Shown: positions 1 through 10,097 of the stretch, piece after piece | How the letters are laid out: the number at the start of each line of letters is the position of its first letter | How positions within the stretch are numbered: position 1 is the stretch's first letter | Assembly (NCBI GenBank): GCA_964588525.1 | Contig: CAZPQC010000001.1 | Location: forward strand, 25,238-89,237 | Source: an uncultured Spirochaetaceae bacterium | GTDB taxonomy: Bacteria > Spirochaetota > Spirochaetia > SZUA-6 > DRHE01 | DNA: 64,000 nt | Direction of reading: 5' to 3' | Program-made: the position numbers and the translations under genes | The notes under the pieces: generated by a model | Database searches by the model: none | What the model was told of the DNA's origin: nothing | What the model saw: the letters and a program-made list of their open reading frames with translations, nothing else

Positions 1-1392
1 AAGCATCAATCCGGTCATCACGATCATCTCCGCAGCCCCCAAATCGACGACAGCCGATGCCGGGCGCGAAGGACCGAACATCGTCCGGCACACCAGATTC
101 AGGGCATAGACCACCGAGACGATCATCGCCGTGGCCGCCAAAATCGCGGGCAACAGGTGCACCGCGAAAACCCCCAGCAGCACGAGGAACTCTCCGGCGA
201 AGTTCCCCAATCCGGGAAGACCCATCGCCGCCAAGGCGAAGAACAGGGTCACCGCCGCCAGCCGCGGTGTAACACTCCACAACCCTCCCAGGGAGTCCAT
301 GTCCCGGGTGCCCAGGCGGTCCTGTATGCCTCCGGCCAGCGCGAACAGGGCGCCGGTGGTGAGGCCATGACAGATCATCAGGAGCACCGCCCCCTCCAGG
401 GCAGCCCGGCTTCCCGCATAGATGCCCAGGAGCACGAAACCCAGATGGCTGATGCTGGTGTAGGCGATGAGGCGTTTAATATCCCTCTGGCCGAAGGCGG
501 CCAGGCCGCCGTAGATGATGCCTGCCACGGCCAGCCCCATGGCCCACGGTGCCAACCGGGCGGAGGCTTGCGGAAACAGGGGCAGGGCGAAGCGGATGAG
601 GCCGTAGGCACCGGTCTTCAGCAACAGGCCGGCCAGGATGATGCTGCCCGCCGTGGGAGCTTCGGTGTGGGCATCCGGCAGCCACGGGTGCAGGGGAAAG
701 ACCGGCAGCTTGACCGCGAAGGCCAGGAAGAAGCCCAGCATCAGAAGCATTCCCCACCGACCCGGGAGATGGGTTTCCGCCAGGCGGAGGGCGTCGAAGG
801 TGTACTCCCCCGTCTGGGAAGCGTGGAGGAAATGCAGGCCCAGGATGGCCAGAATCATGAGCAGGCCGCCTGCCTGGGTGAAGAGGAAGAATTTAATCCC
901 AGCCGCCTGCCGGTTTGCGTGTCCCCAAATCACGATGAGAAAGTAGGTAGGAACCAGCATGAGCTCCCAGAACAGGGCGAACAGGAACAGGTCCATGGTC
1001 AGGAACACTCCCATGATTCCCGCCAGGGAGACCATCAGATGGAAATGAAACAGGCCAACCCGTTTATTCACCGAGGCCCATGAGACGACCAGAGCAACCA
1101 TACCCAGCACTGCGGTCAGCGAAACCATCAGCAGGCTGAGACCATCCAGGGCGAGGTGCACCCTGACGCCAAGCTGCGGGATCCAGGGCAGAACGAGCTG
1201 CTCCAGCCAGTGCTTTCCCGGGCCCACGGCCCCAGCCCCCGGAAAGCGCACCCACAGGGAGAGAATGATGCCCAGATCGACGCTCAGGCCCGCGAACGCT
1301 GTCAGGCGGGCAGCGGAATCGCTCCTGCGGCCCAAAAGCCAGGCAAGGAGCCCGGCAAATAGAGGAACAAGCACCAGCAATGCAAGATTCAT
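1..1392 (-). CDS. nuoM: NADH-quinone oxidoreductase subunit M (N-terminal ~463 aa in window; C-terminus runs off the left edge)
   Basis: Reverse-strand reading from ATG 1392-1390 gives MNLALLVLVPLFAGLLAWLL... with ND4/NuoM-type motifs (FWELMLVPTYFLI, PLHPWLPDAHTEAPTAGS, YTSISHLGFV). ATGA overlap with the nuoL stop. Absent from the ORF track because no stop lies in the window. Confidence 0.9.
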   Translation of the reverse strand, partial: MNLALLVLVPLFAGLLAWLLGRRSDSAARLTAFAGLSVDLGIILSLWVRFPGAGAVGPGKHWLEQLVLPWIPQLGVRVHLALDGLSLLMVSLTAVLGMVALVVSWASVNKRVGLFHFHLMVSLAGIMGVFLTMDLFLFALFWELMLVPTYFLIVIWGHANRQAAGIKFFLFTQAGGLLMILAILGLHFLHASQTGEYTFDALRLAETHLPGRWGMLLMLGFFLAFAVKLPVFPLHPWLPDAHTEAPTAGSIILAGLLLKTGAYGLIRFALPLFPQASARLAPWAMGLAVAGIIYGGLAAFGQRDIKRLIAYTSISHLGFVLLGIYAGSRAALEGAVLLMICHGLTTGALFALAGGIQDRLGTRDMDSLGGLWSVTPRLAAVTLFFALAAMGLPGLGNFAGEFLVLLGVFAVHLLPAILAATAMIVSVVYALNLVCRTMFGPSRPASAVVDLGAAEMIVMTGLML

Positions 1393-3281
1393 AGCAGCAC
1401 CACCAAAGCGAGGATCAGGGCTGCGCCCAGGGCCACGCCGGCGGCGTAGCGGCGGATCCGGCCGTCCTGAATCAAGCTGAGCAGGCGGTGCGCCACAACC
1501 GCCAGGTCCCCGATCCCCCGGTACAGCCAGTCGAGGGGCTCGGAGCCGACAACCCGGCTCAGAAACCGGTAGGGACGAACCACCGTCTGTTCGTACAGCC
1601 AGTCGAACCCCCAGCCTGCCAGCCAGAAACGCCGCAGGTAAGCCCCCTGCGGCAGGCTCTCCGCCGCTTCACCGACCCGCAAGCGGCGCCGGAATAGCAG
1701 GTAGGCCAGCAGGATCCCCAGCAGCGAGGCCGCCTCGGAAACGAGGATCAGCCAGACGACCATTCCCGGCATGCTCGGTGCAGGCTCCACCACCGGGGCC
1801 GTTTGGGCGATGAAGCGGGAGAATACCCTGATGTCTCCGAGGTGACGGGGCGTTTCCAGGAACCCGGCGAGCGCGGCGGGTACGGCCAGCACCACAAGGG
1901 GAATCGTCAGGAGGGCACCGGGCCGGCCCGAAGGCCGGCTGCGTTCCGGTCCCAGGAATACGATGAACACCAGGCGGAAGGTATACAGGGAGGTCAGTAC
2001 GATTCCCAGGAGGGCTAGAAGCCACAGGATCGGTCCGGACGGGCCGGAGTTCCACACCCAGTACAGGATCCAGTCTTTGCTGTAGAAGCCGGCGGTAAGG
2101 GGTGGAACCGCGGCCATGGACAGCGCCGCGGTCAGGAATGTAGCGAACACCAGGGGCATTCTCTTCCACAGACCCCCCATCCGGAAAATATCGTGCTCAT
2201 CACCCAGGTTCAGGATGATCACCCCCGCCCCCAGGAAGAGCAGGGCTTTGAAACAGGCGTGGGTGAGAAAGTGAAAGGCCGCGGCCGGCCAGGCGCCTAC
2301 ACCGAGAGCCAGAAACATATACCCGATCTGGCTGATGGTCGAGTAGGCCAGAACGCGCTTGATGTCGCGCTGAGACGCGGCGCTGAATCCGGCCAGGATG
2401 AGGGTGGCCGCCCCGATGATCGCCACCAGAAAGCGCACCGTCGGCGCCAAAGCGAAGAGCACGTTCATGCGGGCGATCAGGTAGACGCCGGCGGTGACCA
2501 TCGTGGCGGCGTGGATCAGCGCGCTGACCGGGGTGGGGCCGGCCATGGCGTCGGGCAGCCAGGTCTGCAGGGGGATCTGGGCACTTTTACCCAGCGCGCC
2601 GGCCAGCAACAGGGCGGCGGCGGCAACTGCCAGAGGTGCCCCCGGCGGGATCTGGGAAGAGGCACGGGAGAGCAGCTCCTGAATGTTGCCGCTGCCCAGG
2701 CGGGTGTAGAGGAGCAAGATGCCGATGATGAGGGCGGTGTCACCGATGCGGGTTACCACGAAGGCTTTCAGCGCAGCTTTGGAGTTTGCCGGTTCCCTGT
2801 ACCAGAATCCGATGAGCAGGAAGCTGCACAAGCCCACCCCTTCCCAACCCAAATACAGCAGCAGCAGGCCATCTGCCAGCACGAGCAGCAGCATCGAGGC
2901 TATGAAGAGGTTGAGATAGGCAAAGTAGCGACCGTAGCCTTCTTGAGCGGACATGAAGCTGGTGGAGTAGAGGTGGATGAGGAATCCAACCCCGGTTACC
3001 ACCAGTACCCAGAGCAGGGACAGGGAGTCCAGGTGCAGCCCGAAGCCGATGCTGAGAGAGCGGATCTCCATCCACTGCCACAGCGCCGTGGTTGTCAGTG
3101 GCCGGGGAAGCGTCGGGCTCAGGTATCCCCAGGCCACGACGGCCGAGACGATCATGGACAGGGCCACGGAGCTTGTACCCATTACGGCGCAGGCCGGCCG
3201 GGAAAGTCGCCGGCCGAGGGTGCTGAGCACGAGGAATCCGGCGGCGGGAAATGCTGGAATCAGCCACATGAGCGTAACCAT
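1389..3281 (-). CDS. nuoL: NADH-quinone oxidoreductase subunit L
   Basis: ORF 1389..3317. Start moved to ATG 3281 (MVTLMWLIPAFPAAGF...), 1 nt after the nuoK stop and preceded by GGGGGTG. Long polytopic ND5/NuoL-like sequence; position between nuoK and nuoM. Confidence 0.9.
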   Translation of the reverse strand: MVTLMWLIPAFPAAGFLVLSTLGRRLSRPACAVMGTSSVALSMIVSAVVAWGYLSPTLPRPLTTTALWQWMEIRSLSIGFGLHLDSLSLLWVLVVTGVGFLIHLYSTSFMSAQEGYGRYFAYLNLFIASMLLLVLADGLLLLYLGWEGVGLCSFLLIGFWYREPANSKAALKAFVVTRIGDTALIIGILLLYTRLGSGNIQELLSRASSQIPPGAPLAVAAAALLLAGALGKSAQIPLQTWLPDAMAGPTPVSALIHAATMVTAGVYLIARMNVLFALAPTVRFLVAIIGAATLILAGFSAASQRDIKRVLAYSTISQIGYMFLALGVGAWPAAAFHFLTHACFKALLFLGAGVIILNLGDEHDIFRMGGLWKRMPLVFATFLTAALSMAAVPPLTAGFYSKDWILYWVWNSGPSGPILWLLALLGIVLTSLYTFRLVFIVFLGPERSRPSGRPGALLTIPLVVLAVPAALAGFLETPRHLGDIRVFSRFIAQTAPVVEPAPSMPGMVVWLILVSEAASLLGILLAYLLFRRRLRVGEAAESLPQGAYLRRFWLAGWGFDWLYEQTVVRPYRFLSRVVGSEPLDWLYRGIGDLAVVAHRLLSLIQDGRIRRYAAGVALGAALILALVVLL

Positions 3282-3282
3282 A

Positions 3283-3591
3283 TCACCCCCTAAGCCTGCT
3301 GAGCTCATCAGGATCAAGCGTTCCGCTCTCCCGGTGGATCCCCAGGATGAGGGCCAGCCCCACTGCGGCCTCGGCCGCAGAGACGGCCAGAATGATCAGG
3401 AACATCACCTGCCCGTCCGGCTGCTGCCAGCGACTCGCCGCGACCACGAACGCCAGCCCGGCGGCGTTCAGCATGATCTCCAGCGACAACAGGGTGAACA
3501 GAAGATTTCTGCGGAACAGCACCCCCGCCAGACCGACGAGGAACAACGCCGCGGCCAGGAGCAATCCGTACTGTACGAGCACCGTCGTCAT
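3283..3591 (-). CDS. nuoK: NADH-quinone oxidoreductase subunit K
   Basis: ORF 3283..3693. Internal ATG at 3591 gives a ~102-aa, 3-TM protein ([21 protein letters not shown]...[15 protein letters not shown]) typical of NuoK/ND4L; this start lies 4 nt after the nuoJ stop. Confidence 0.88.
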   Translation of the reverse strand: MTTVLVQYGLLLAAALFLVGLAGVLFRRNLLFTLLSLEIMLNAAGLAFVVAASRWQQPDGQVMFLIILAVSAAEAAVGLALILGIHRESGTLDPDELSRLRG

Positions 3592-3595
3592 TGGC

Positions 3596-4093
3596 TCACC
3601 GTCCCTCGTCTTTTTCTCGACCTCGACCGAGGTGGAAAGCCCCGACCACGCCGACCAGCAACAGCACAGAAGCCAATTCCACCACGACGGCATACGGACC
3701 GTACAGGGATGAGCCGACCTGTTCGGGTTGCACCGCCGCTGCAGCCGGAGGTTGCGGAGGCGCCACGGTCATGACAACCATGAGCTCGACGGCCAGAACC
3801 ACCGCCAGCAGGGCGGGCCCGATGATCGCCCTCAGGCGCACGGCCGCCCTCTTCTCGGTGCGGAGGCTGAGCATCATCATGACGAACAGGAACAGCACCA
3901 TGATGGCCCCGGCCCAGATGACGACCTGGAGGACCGCGGCGAAGGCCGCACCGAAGGCGAAGAGCACCACAGCCACGCCGAGCATGCCGACGATCAGGTA
4001 CAGCAGGGCATGCACCGCGTTTCGGCGCGTAACAGCCGCCAGCGTGCTTATCACGGCCACTGCCCCCGAAATCCAGACAATCCCATTCATCAC
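3596..4093 (-). CDS. nuoJ: NADH-quinone oxidoreductase subunit J
   Basis: 165-aa hydrophobic ORF in the nuoJ position between nuoI and nuoK. Confidence 0.85.
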   Translation of the reverse strand: MMNGIVWISGAVAVISTLAAVTRRNAVHALLYLIVGMLGVAVVLFAFGAAFAAVLQVVIWAGAIMVLFLFVMMMLSLRTEKRAAVRLRAIIGPALLAVVLAVELMVVMTVAPPQPPAAAAVQPEQVGSSLYGPYAVVVELASVLLLVGVVGAFHLGRGREKDEGR

Positions 4094-4108
4094 TCCTCCT
4101 TACCTCCC

Positions 4109-4630
4109 CTACGGCATCAGATCGCGAATATCCACCGGGGGAAGCTCACCCTCGCCCTCCCCTTTATCCTTGCCGCCGATGCTCACCCCCGCCACCCGGT
4201 AGAAGTTGTACCCGGAATACTTGCCGGATCCCCCGATCAAAAGGTCCTCCTTCTCGTATACCAGATCCTTCCTACGGTACTCGGCCATCTCGAAATCGGG
4301 AGTGAGCTGAATGGCATAGGTCGGACAGGCCTCCTCACAAAATCCGCAGAATATGCACCGGGAGAAGTTGATGCGGAAAAACTCCGGGTACCTTCTGCCC
4401 TGATCATCCTCCGTGGCCTGCAGGGCGATGCAGTCCACGGGGCAGGCCACGGCGCACAGATAACAGGCCACACACCGTTCCTGTCCATCCGGGTCCCTGG
4501 ACAGGATGATCCGTCCTCGCCAGCGGGGAGGAAGGCGGCGCCGCTCATCGGGGTAGCGCACGGTGAAGCGGGGCCTGAAGGCCCGCAGGAAAACGAGCCA
4601 GAGGGTGCGGATGATGCTGAACATCGACAA
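4109..4630 (-). CDS. nuoI: NADH-quinone oxidoreductase subunit I (2x[4Fe-4S] ferredoxin-type)
   Basis: Two CxxCxxCxxxCP motifs ([24 protein letters not shown]); size and operon position. Confidence 0.93.
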   Translation of the reverse strand: MSMFSIIRTLWLVFLRAFRPRFTVRYPDERRRLPPRWRGRIILSRDPDGQERCVACYLCAVACPVDCIALQATEDDQGRRYPEFFRINFSRCIFCGFCEEACPTYAIQLTPDFEMAEYRRKDLVYEKEDLLIGGSGKYSGYNFYRVAGVSIGGKDKGEGEGELPPVDIRDLMP

Positions 4631-4649
4631 TAACCTCCTCTTGAGGGAT

Positions 4650-5606
4650 CTATCGTCCCGCAGCCAGCACGAGCGCCCCGGTCACCAAGAGATTCAACAG
4701 CGCCAGGGGGAGCATGACCATCCATCCGAACCTCATCAGCTGGTCGTACCTCAGTCGCGGCAGCGCGGCCCGCACCAGGATGAGGAAGGCGATGACGATC
4801 GCGAGCTTTATTAAAAACCAGAGGATCGGCGGAAGCCAGGGACCGAGCCAGCCGCCGAAGAACAATACCACCACGAAGGTGGACAGCAGGGTGATGCCCA
4901 AGTACTCGCCGATGTAGAAAAAGGCGAACTTGAACCCCGAATACTCCGTATGGAAACCGGCAACCAGCTCGGCCTCCGCCTCCGGAAGATCGAAGGGGAT
5001 CCGCCGGCTTTCCGCCGATCCCGCGATCAGGAAAATGACCAAACCGGGCAGCTGGGGTATGCAGAACCACATCCGGCTCTGAGCCCTCACGATCTCCCCG
5101 AGACTGAAGGATCCGGCCAGCACGACCACCCCCATCACGGACAGGCCCATGAATACTTCGTAGCTGACCATCTGGCCCACCGCTCGCAGGCTGCCGAGCA
5201 ACGAGTACTTGCTGTTGGAGGCCCAACCGCCGAGAGCTACCCCGTAAACCGCCAGAGAGGACATGGCCAGGAAGAACAGGAGCCCGATGTTCAGATCCGC
5301 CACAGCCACGGCCGGAGAAAAAACCACGACGGAAAACGGCATGACCGTGGCGAATACCATGATCGCAGGGGCCAGGAAAAACACAAACCGGTCGCTGAAC
5401 GGCGCGATCCAGTCTTCCTTGGTCATTATCTTGACGGCGTCGGCCACTACCTGCAGCAGTCCGAAGGGACCGGCGCGGTTAGGCCCGTAGCGCTCCTGAA
5501 ACAGCCCGAGCAGGCGCCGTTCGATGAAGGTGAGGCCGGCCGCCAGGGCCAACAGGCCAATCAGCACACCGAGAACGGTGAGGACGCTCTGAATCACTAC
5601 ACTCAT
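4650..5606 (-). CDS. nuoH: NADH-quinone oxidoreductase subunit H
   Basis: 318-aa polytopic ORF with ND1/NuoH-like stretches ([33 protein letters not shown]); 4-nt overlap with nuoG. Confidence 0.92.
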   Translation of the reverse strand: MSVVIQSVLTVLGVLIGLLALAAGLTFIERRLLGLFQERYGPNRAGPFGLLQVVADAVKIMTKEDWIAPFSDRFVFFLAPAIMVFATVMPFSVVVFSPAVAVADLNIGLLFFLAMSSLAVYGVALGGWASNSKYSLLGSLRAVGQMVSYEVFMGLSVMGVVVLAGSFSLGEIVRAQSRMWFCIPQLPGLVIFLIAGSAESRRIPFDLPEAEAELVAGFHTEYSGFKFAFFYIGEYLGITLLSTFVVVLFFGGWLGPWLPPILWFLIKLAIVIAFLILVRAALPRLRYDQLMRFGWMVMLPLALLNLLVTGALVLAAGR

Positions 5607-8332
5607 CCGCTTTCACCCCGGGATTGCACTCCCCGAACCTTCCCCCACGCGGGCAACACCGGCGGGCTGGCGCCGGGGAACCCCATGGGGACCAGGGCCG
5701 TACCCTGCTCCGCCTGAGAATCGAGCAACAGCGTCAGCCGGTAGGCACCGGAGCCGACCTGGAGCTCCACGGCCGCGCCCTGCTGCAGCCCGAAGCGCTG
5801 CGCGTCATCGGGGTGGAGTCGCAGCTCGGGCTTTGGAATGCAGGTCGCGATTCCCGGAGCAAGCCGGCTGAGCTCCTCGGTTCCGTACAGCCGGTGCAGA
5901 GGCAGCACCCACATCTCGGTTTCCCGTGCTTTGAAAGCGGCGGGAATATCCTCGTGGTAGGCCCACTTCTTCTGCCCACCGGAGTCGAGCAGGCGCAGCC
6001 CGGGGTCCCCTCCCCGAAGCGGCCCGGCCGGAATGGTCTGCAGCTTGTTCAGGGCCTGCACGGAGTTCCAGCCTGGTGCCCAGTACCGCGTAATCAGCTG
6101 GGGCGGGGGCAGACCGGCATAGCCTTCCATCGAGTAGGCGAGGGGCGTGTCCACATCCGGCGGCGGAGGCTCCTCGTGAACGCTTCGCGCCGCCTGCACG
6201 GCCGTACGGCCGCTGGCCCGGTAGGTCTGTCGGGGAACGGGCAGGCCCAGGAGCCGGGAACGCCCCTCCCTTTCCAGGCCGGTCAGCGGAGCAAGCTCGG
6301 ATCCGCTCTCGGCGATCTCAGCCAGGATGCTGTTCAGATTCGGCCAGGGTTGAGCGCTCACCCTGCCCGAGGCCGCCAACAGATCTCCCAGCCAGCGCCA
6401 GCTTTCCCGGGCTTCTTCGGCGGGGGGAAACGCTGCGTGGAATCTCTGGGCCCGTGCTTCGGAGCTGACCAGGGTACCGCTGGATTCTGCGAAAGCGGCG
6501 GCCGGTAGGACCAGGGCGGCCTGGTCGGTCGTCGGGGTCATGCTGTGATCCACGCAGATGATCTCGGCTTGCGATCGGAACAGCGGCTGAAGCTCCGGTT
6601 CGCTGAGGCGGCGCGTAAGGTCGTTCTCCAGGATCACCACAGTGGTGTCTCCGCCGCTTCCGACCGCACCCACCGCTTCCTCCAGGGAGCCGCCCTCCAG
6701 GAAAGCGGCGGCCATGCTGTTGCATTCGGGCACCACGAAGCTCAAGCGGGCGTCCAGCCCCGCGCGGGTAAGGGCCCAGGCCACGTTGCAGGCCGACTCT
6801 ATCAGCGCGGCGCTGCCGCTCGAGGTGCCGCAGACCACCAGGGGGCGCCGGCAGGAGCGCAACGCAACGGCTATGCGACGGGCCAGCCCGCCGAGGCGCC
6901 CGCCGAGGCCCGCCGCTTTGGCCTGGGGATCCAGATGGTGAGCCACCTCGAAGGCCAGCCGGGCCGAATCCTGAGGGGTCCCGCGGAAACACTCGGCGGC
7001 CAGCTCGTCCAGGCCCGTCTCCATGGCGGTGGCGATGTATACCGGCCCTCTTTCCTGCTGGATCGCTTCGCGAATGGCCGCATCTTCCCAGGCCGGGATC
7101 CGGGGCTGGCGGTTTCTGGCCTCCTCCAGGGGCTTTTGAATGGCCGCCTGCCTCAGCGCCAGAGTGAGAAGGGGTGCCGTATTGGGCACATCCTCCCCCA
7201 GCACCAGCACCCCGTCCGCCGAAGCGGCCTCCCGCAGCGAAGCCACCGGCGCGGGACCCTCTACCAGGCTACGTTTAACCTGGCGGATGAGCTCCAGCTC
7301 CTGACGGGCGATTCCGTGGAAAAACCATTCGGCTCCGACCAGGCGACGGAGGGCGAAGTTGGCCTCCACGGACGCGCGGGGCGATCCGATGCCGATCAGC
7401 CGCCGCTTGCCGAGCATCTTACCGGCCCGTGCCAGGACTTCCCCAGCCGGGATACTCTTCAGACCCTCTTTCCCGCGCAGCAGGGGTTGGCGAATGCGAG
7501 TCCCTGCGTTGACGAACTCGTAGCCGAAACGCCCGCGGTCGCAAAGAAAGTAGCCGTTTACCTCGTAGTGGTAGCGGTTGCGGATGCGCCGCAGCGTCCC
7601 GTAGCGCTCGCCCAGCAGCGTGTTGCACCCCAGGGCGCAGTGCACGCATATCGACGGGGCGGTCTGCAGATCCCAGGCGCGGGTGAAGTGACGCCGGAAG
7701 GTCTTGTCAGTGAACACGCCCGTAGGGCAGATCTCGACCAGATTCCCGCTGAACTCGGACTCCAGGGTGCCGTCCCGGTAACGGCCGAAGTAGACCGAAT
7801 CATGGCAGCCGAAGACCTCCAGATCCCTGCCACCCGCAAGATCCCTGTAGAATCGAATACAGCGGTAGCACTGGATGCAGCGGTTCATCTCGTGGTGAAT
7901 AAAGGGCCCCAGATCTTGGTTCCTGTAAGTACGCTTGGGAAACCGGCTGCGCCGGTACACGTGCCCGGTCATCACGGTCATGTCCTGCAGGTGGCATTCC
8001 CCGCCCTCGTCGCATACCGGGCAGTCATGGGGATGATTGCGCATCAACCACTCGATCACCGAGGCCCGGAACGCCTTGACTTCCGCATCCTCGATGGAGA
8101 TGCGCGTGCCGTCGTCGGCCTGGGTCATGCAGGACATCACGATCCTTCCGCGGGTGTCCTGCTCGTCCTTGAATACCTTGACGGCGCACTGGCGGCAGGC
8201 CCCCACGGAGTGCATGGCCGGGTGCCAGCAGAAATAGGGGATGTCGAATCCCAGGGACAGGCACACCTCCAGCAGCGTCCGGTGCTGGTCCTCGAATGAG
8301 TAGGGTTTGCCGTCGACGTAGAGAGTGGCCAC
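5603..8332 (-). CDS. nuoG: NADH-quinone oxidoreductase subunit G (long, 909 aa, E. coli-type)
   Basis: N-terminal 2Fe-2S and 4Fe-4S cysteine clusters (CRQCAVKV, HDCPVCDEGGECHLQD, CIQCYRCIRF, CPTGVF) followed by a molybdopterin-oxidoreductase-like body. Confidence 0.92.
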   Translation of the reverse strand: MATLYVDGKPYSFEDQHRTLLEVCLSLGFDIPYFCWHPAMHSVGACRQCAVKVFKDEQDTRGRIVMSCMTQADDGTRISIEDAEVKAFRASVIEWLMRNHPHDCPVCDEGGECHLQDMTVMTGHVYRRSRFPKRTYRNQDLGPFIHHEMNRCIQCYRCIRFYRDLAGGRDLEVFGCHDSVYFGRYRDGTLESEFSGNLVEICPTGVFTDKTFRRHFTRAWDLQTAPSICVHCALGCNTLLGERYGTLRRIRNRYHYEVNGYFLCDRGRFGYEFVNAGTRIRQPLLRGKEGLKSIPAGEVLARAGKMLGKRRLIGIGSPRASVEANFALRRLVGAEWFFHGIARQELELIRQVKRSLVEGPAPVASLREAASADGVLVLGEDVPNTAPLLTLALRQAAIQKPLEEARNRQPRIPAWEDAAIREAIQQERGPVYIATAMETGLDELAAECFRGTPQDSARLAFEVAHHLDPQAKAAGLGGRLGGLARRIAVALRSCRRPLVVCGTSSGSAALIESACNVAWALTRAGLDARLSFVVPECNSMAAAFLEGGSLEEAVGAVGSGGDTTVVILENDLTRRLSEPELQPLFRSQAEIICVDHSMTPTTDQAALVLPAAAFAESSGTLVSSEARAQRFHAAFPPAEEARESWRWLGDLLAASGRVSAQPWPNLNSILAEIAESGSELAPLTGLEREGRSRLLGLPVPRQTYRASGRTAVQAARSVHEEPPPPDVDTPLAYSMEGYAGLPPPQLITRYWAPGWNSVQALNKLQTIPAGPLRGGDPGLRLLDSGGQKKWAYHEDIPAAFKARETEMWVLPLHRLYGTEELSRLAPGIATCIPKPELRLHPDDAQRFGLQQGAAVELQVGSGAYRLTLLLDSQAEQGTALVPMGFPGASPPVLPAWGKVRGVQSRGESG

Positions 8333-8334
8333 CG

Positions 8335-9606
8335 TTACCTCCAGGGACAGCGTTTTTCGCGGACATGACGCAGCATGTCTTGGCGAAAGTACTTCAATGC
8401 GCTTGCCAGAGGCTCCATCGCCCCGGGCGCCAGGGGACAGAAGGTCAGCCCCGGCTTGATGGTGCGGCAGTGGAACTCCAGCAACTCCAGCGATTCCTCA
8501 TTGCCTTCGCCCTGCTCCAGCTCTTCCAGCAGCGCCACGATCCAGGGCAGCCCTTCGCGGCAGGGTGTGCACCAGCCGCAGGACTCCCGGAGGAAGAAGC
8601 GCTCCAGACTGATCAGCACGCCTACCGGGCAGACGCTGTCGTCCAGGACGACGATCGTCCCCGTGCCCAGGCGGCTTCCGGCTGCAGCCACGGATTCATA
8701 ATCCAGCTTCACCTCCAGATGGTCTTCCGTGAGGAAATCCGTGGAGCCGCCGCCCGGCAGGAAGGCGCGCAGGTGCGCCCCATCCACCATGCCGCCGGCG
8801 TGTTCGAAGATGACCTCTCGAGCCGTCGTCCCCAGGGGAAGCTCCCACGTTCCCGGCCGCTTCACCCTCCCGCTCACACCGTAGATCTTGCTGCCGCCGT
8901 CGCTGCTCAGGCTCAATCCCTTGAACCACTCGGCCCCATTTCGCAAGATCCCGGGCAGATTGCTCACTGTTTCCGTGTTGTTCACCACCGTCGGGTTGCC
9001 CCACAGACCGCAGGTCTGGGGAAAGGGAGGCTTGGGCCGCGGAATCGGCCGCCTGCCTTCCAGGGCATCCATGAGCCCATCCTCTTCACCGCATATATAG
9101 CGGCCGCTCGATTCGTGCAGGTACAGCTCCACGTTGTAGGAGGAACCCATGACGCCTCGTCCCAGATAACCGCGCCGGTAGGCTTCGGCTATCGCCGTCT
9201 CAAGGCGAACGGCGGCGAGCCGGTACGCCCAACGAAGGTATATGTAGATCACCTCGGCTTCGATTGCGTAGGCTCCGATGATGGCGCCCTCCACGACCTG
9301 ATGGGGGTCGCCTTCCAGGAGCAGTCGATCCTTCATGGTTCCCGGTTCCATCTCATCGGCATTGACGATGTAGTACTTGGGCCCCCTGGCCTTGCCACCC
9401 ATGGGCACGAAGCTCCACTTCTGTCCCGTTGGGAATCCGGCCCCGCCGCGTCCCCGCAGCGTGGATTGGCTGACGAGTTCTTGGACCTCCTTGGGGCTCA
9501 TGGAAAGCGCCCTGCGCAGCCCCTGGTACCCCTCCCCGCGCTCGTAGGCCTCTAGGGAGAAGGCCTCCCTGTTTGGACGAATGTTTCTGGTGAGATGCGG
9601 TTCCAC
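8335..9606 (-). CDS. nuoF: NADH-quinone oxidoreductase subunit F
   Basis: GRGGAGFPTGQKW NADH/FMN motif and ESCGWCTPCREG 4Fe-4S motif. Confidence 0.95.
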   Translation of the reverse strand: MEPHLTRNIRPNREAFSLEAYERGEGYQGLRRALSMSPKEVQELVSQSTLRGRGGAGFPTGQKWSFVPMGGKARGPKYYIVNADEMEPGTMKDRLLLEGDPHQVVEGAIIGAYAIEAEVIYIYLRWAYRLAAVRLETAIAEAYRRGYLGRGVMGSSYNVELYLHESSGRYICGEEDGLMDALEGRRPIPRPKPPFPQTCGLWGNPTVVNNTETVSNLPGILRNGAEWFKGLSLSSDGGSKIYGVSGRVKRPGTWELPLGTTAREVIFEHAGGMVDGAHLRAFLPGGGSTDFLTEDHLEVKLDYESVAAAGSRLGTGTIVVLDDSVCPVGVLISLERFFLRESCGWCTPCREGLPWIVALLEELEQGEGNEESLELLEFHCRTIKPGLTFCPLAPGAMEPLASALKYFRQDMLRHVREKRCPWR

Positions 9607-9619
9607 GTCGTTGCCTTCC

Positions 9620-10084
9620 TCAAGGATATCTGCCGAGGATGTCGTCGATCTTCGCAGCGTCGAGCCGGCCGTACAGGTCCTCGTCGACCATCATCACGGG
9701 AGCCTGGTCGCAGGCTCCCAGGCACGGCGCAGGCAGCAGGGTGAACCTGTTGTCCGCGGTGGTCTGTCCCATCCCTATTCCCAGCTTCGAGCGTAAATGC
9801 TCGTACAGATTTTCGTAGCCCATAATCCAGCAGCTCACCGAGTCGCAGAGCAGGATGACGTGCCTGCCGACCGGCTTTCTGTAGATCAGGTTGTAGAAGG
9901 TGGCCACCGCGTCCACTTCAGCGGCGGTCAGGGATAGGAGCTCAGCGATGTCTCCGACAGCCTCGTCGGAAACCCACCCCCGGGAACGCTGCACCGTCTT
10001 CAACGCTTCGGGCACCACGGCCCGCTTCTGGGGGTAGCGGTTGAACTGGGCCTCGATCTGCCGCCTCTCATCTTCGCTCAACAC
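9620..10084 (-). CDS. nuoE: NADH-quinone oxidoreductase subunit E
   Basis: 154 aa with 2Fe-2S cysteines (LLCDSVSCWIMG ... APCLGACDQAP). Confidence 0.92.
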   Translation of the reverse strand: MLSEDERRQIEAQFNRYPQKRAVVPEALKTVQRSRGWVSDEAVGDIAELLSLTAAEVDAVATFYNLIYRKPVGRHVILLCDSVSCWIMGYENLYEHLRSKLGIGMGQTTADNRFTLLPAPCLGACDQAPVMMVDEDLYGRLDAAKIDDILGRYP

Positions 10085-10097
10085 GTCAGCTCTCCCT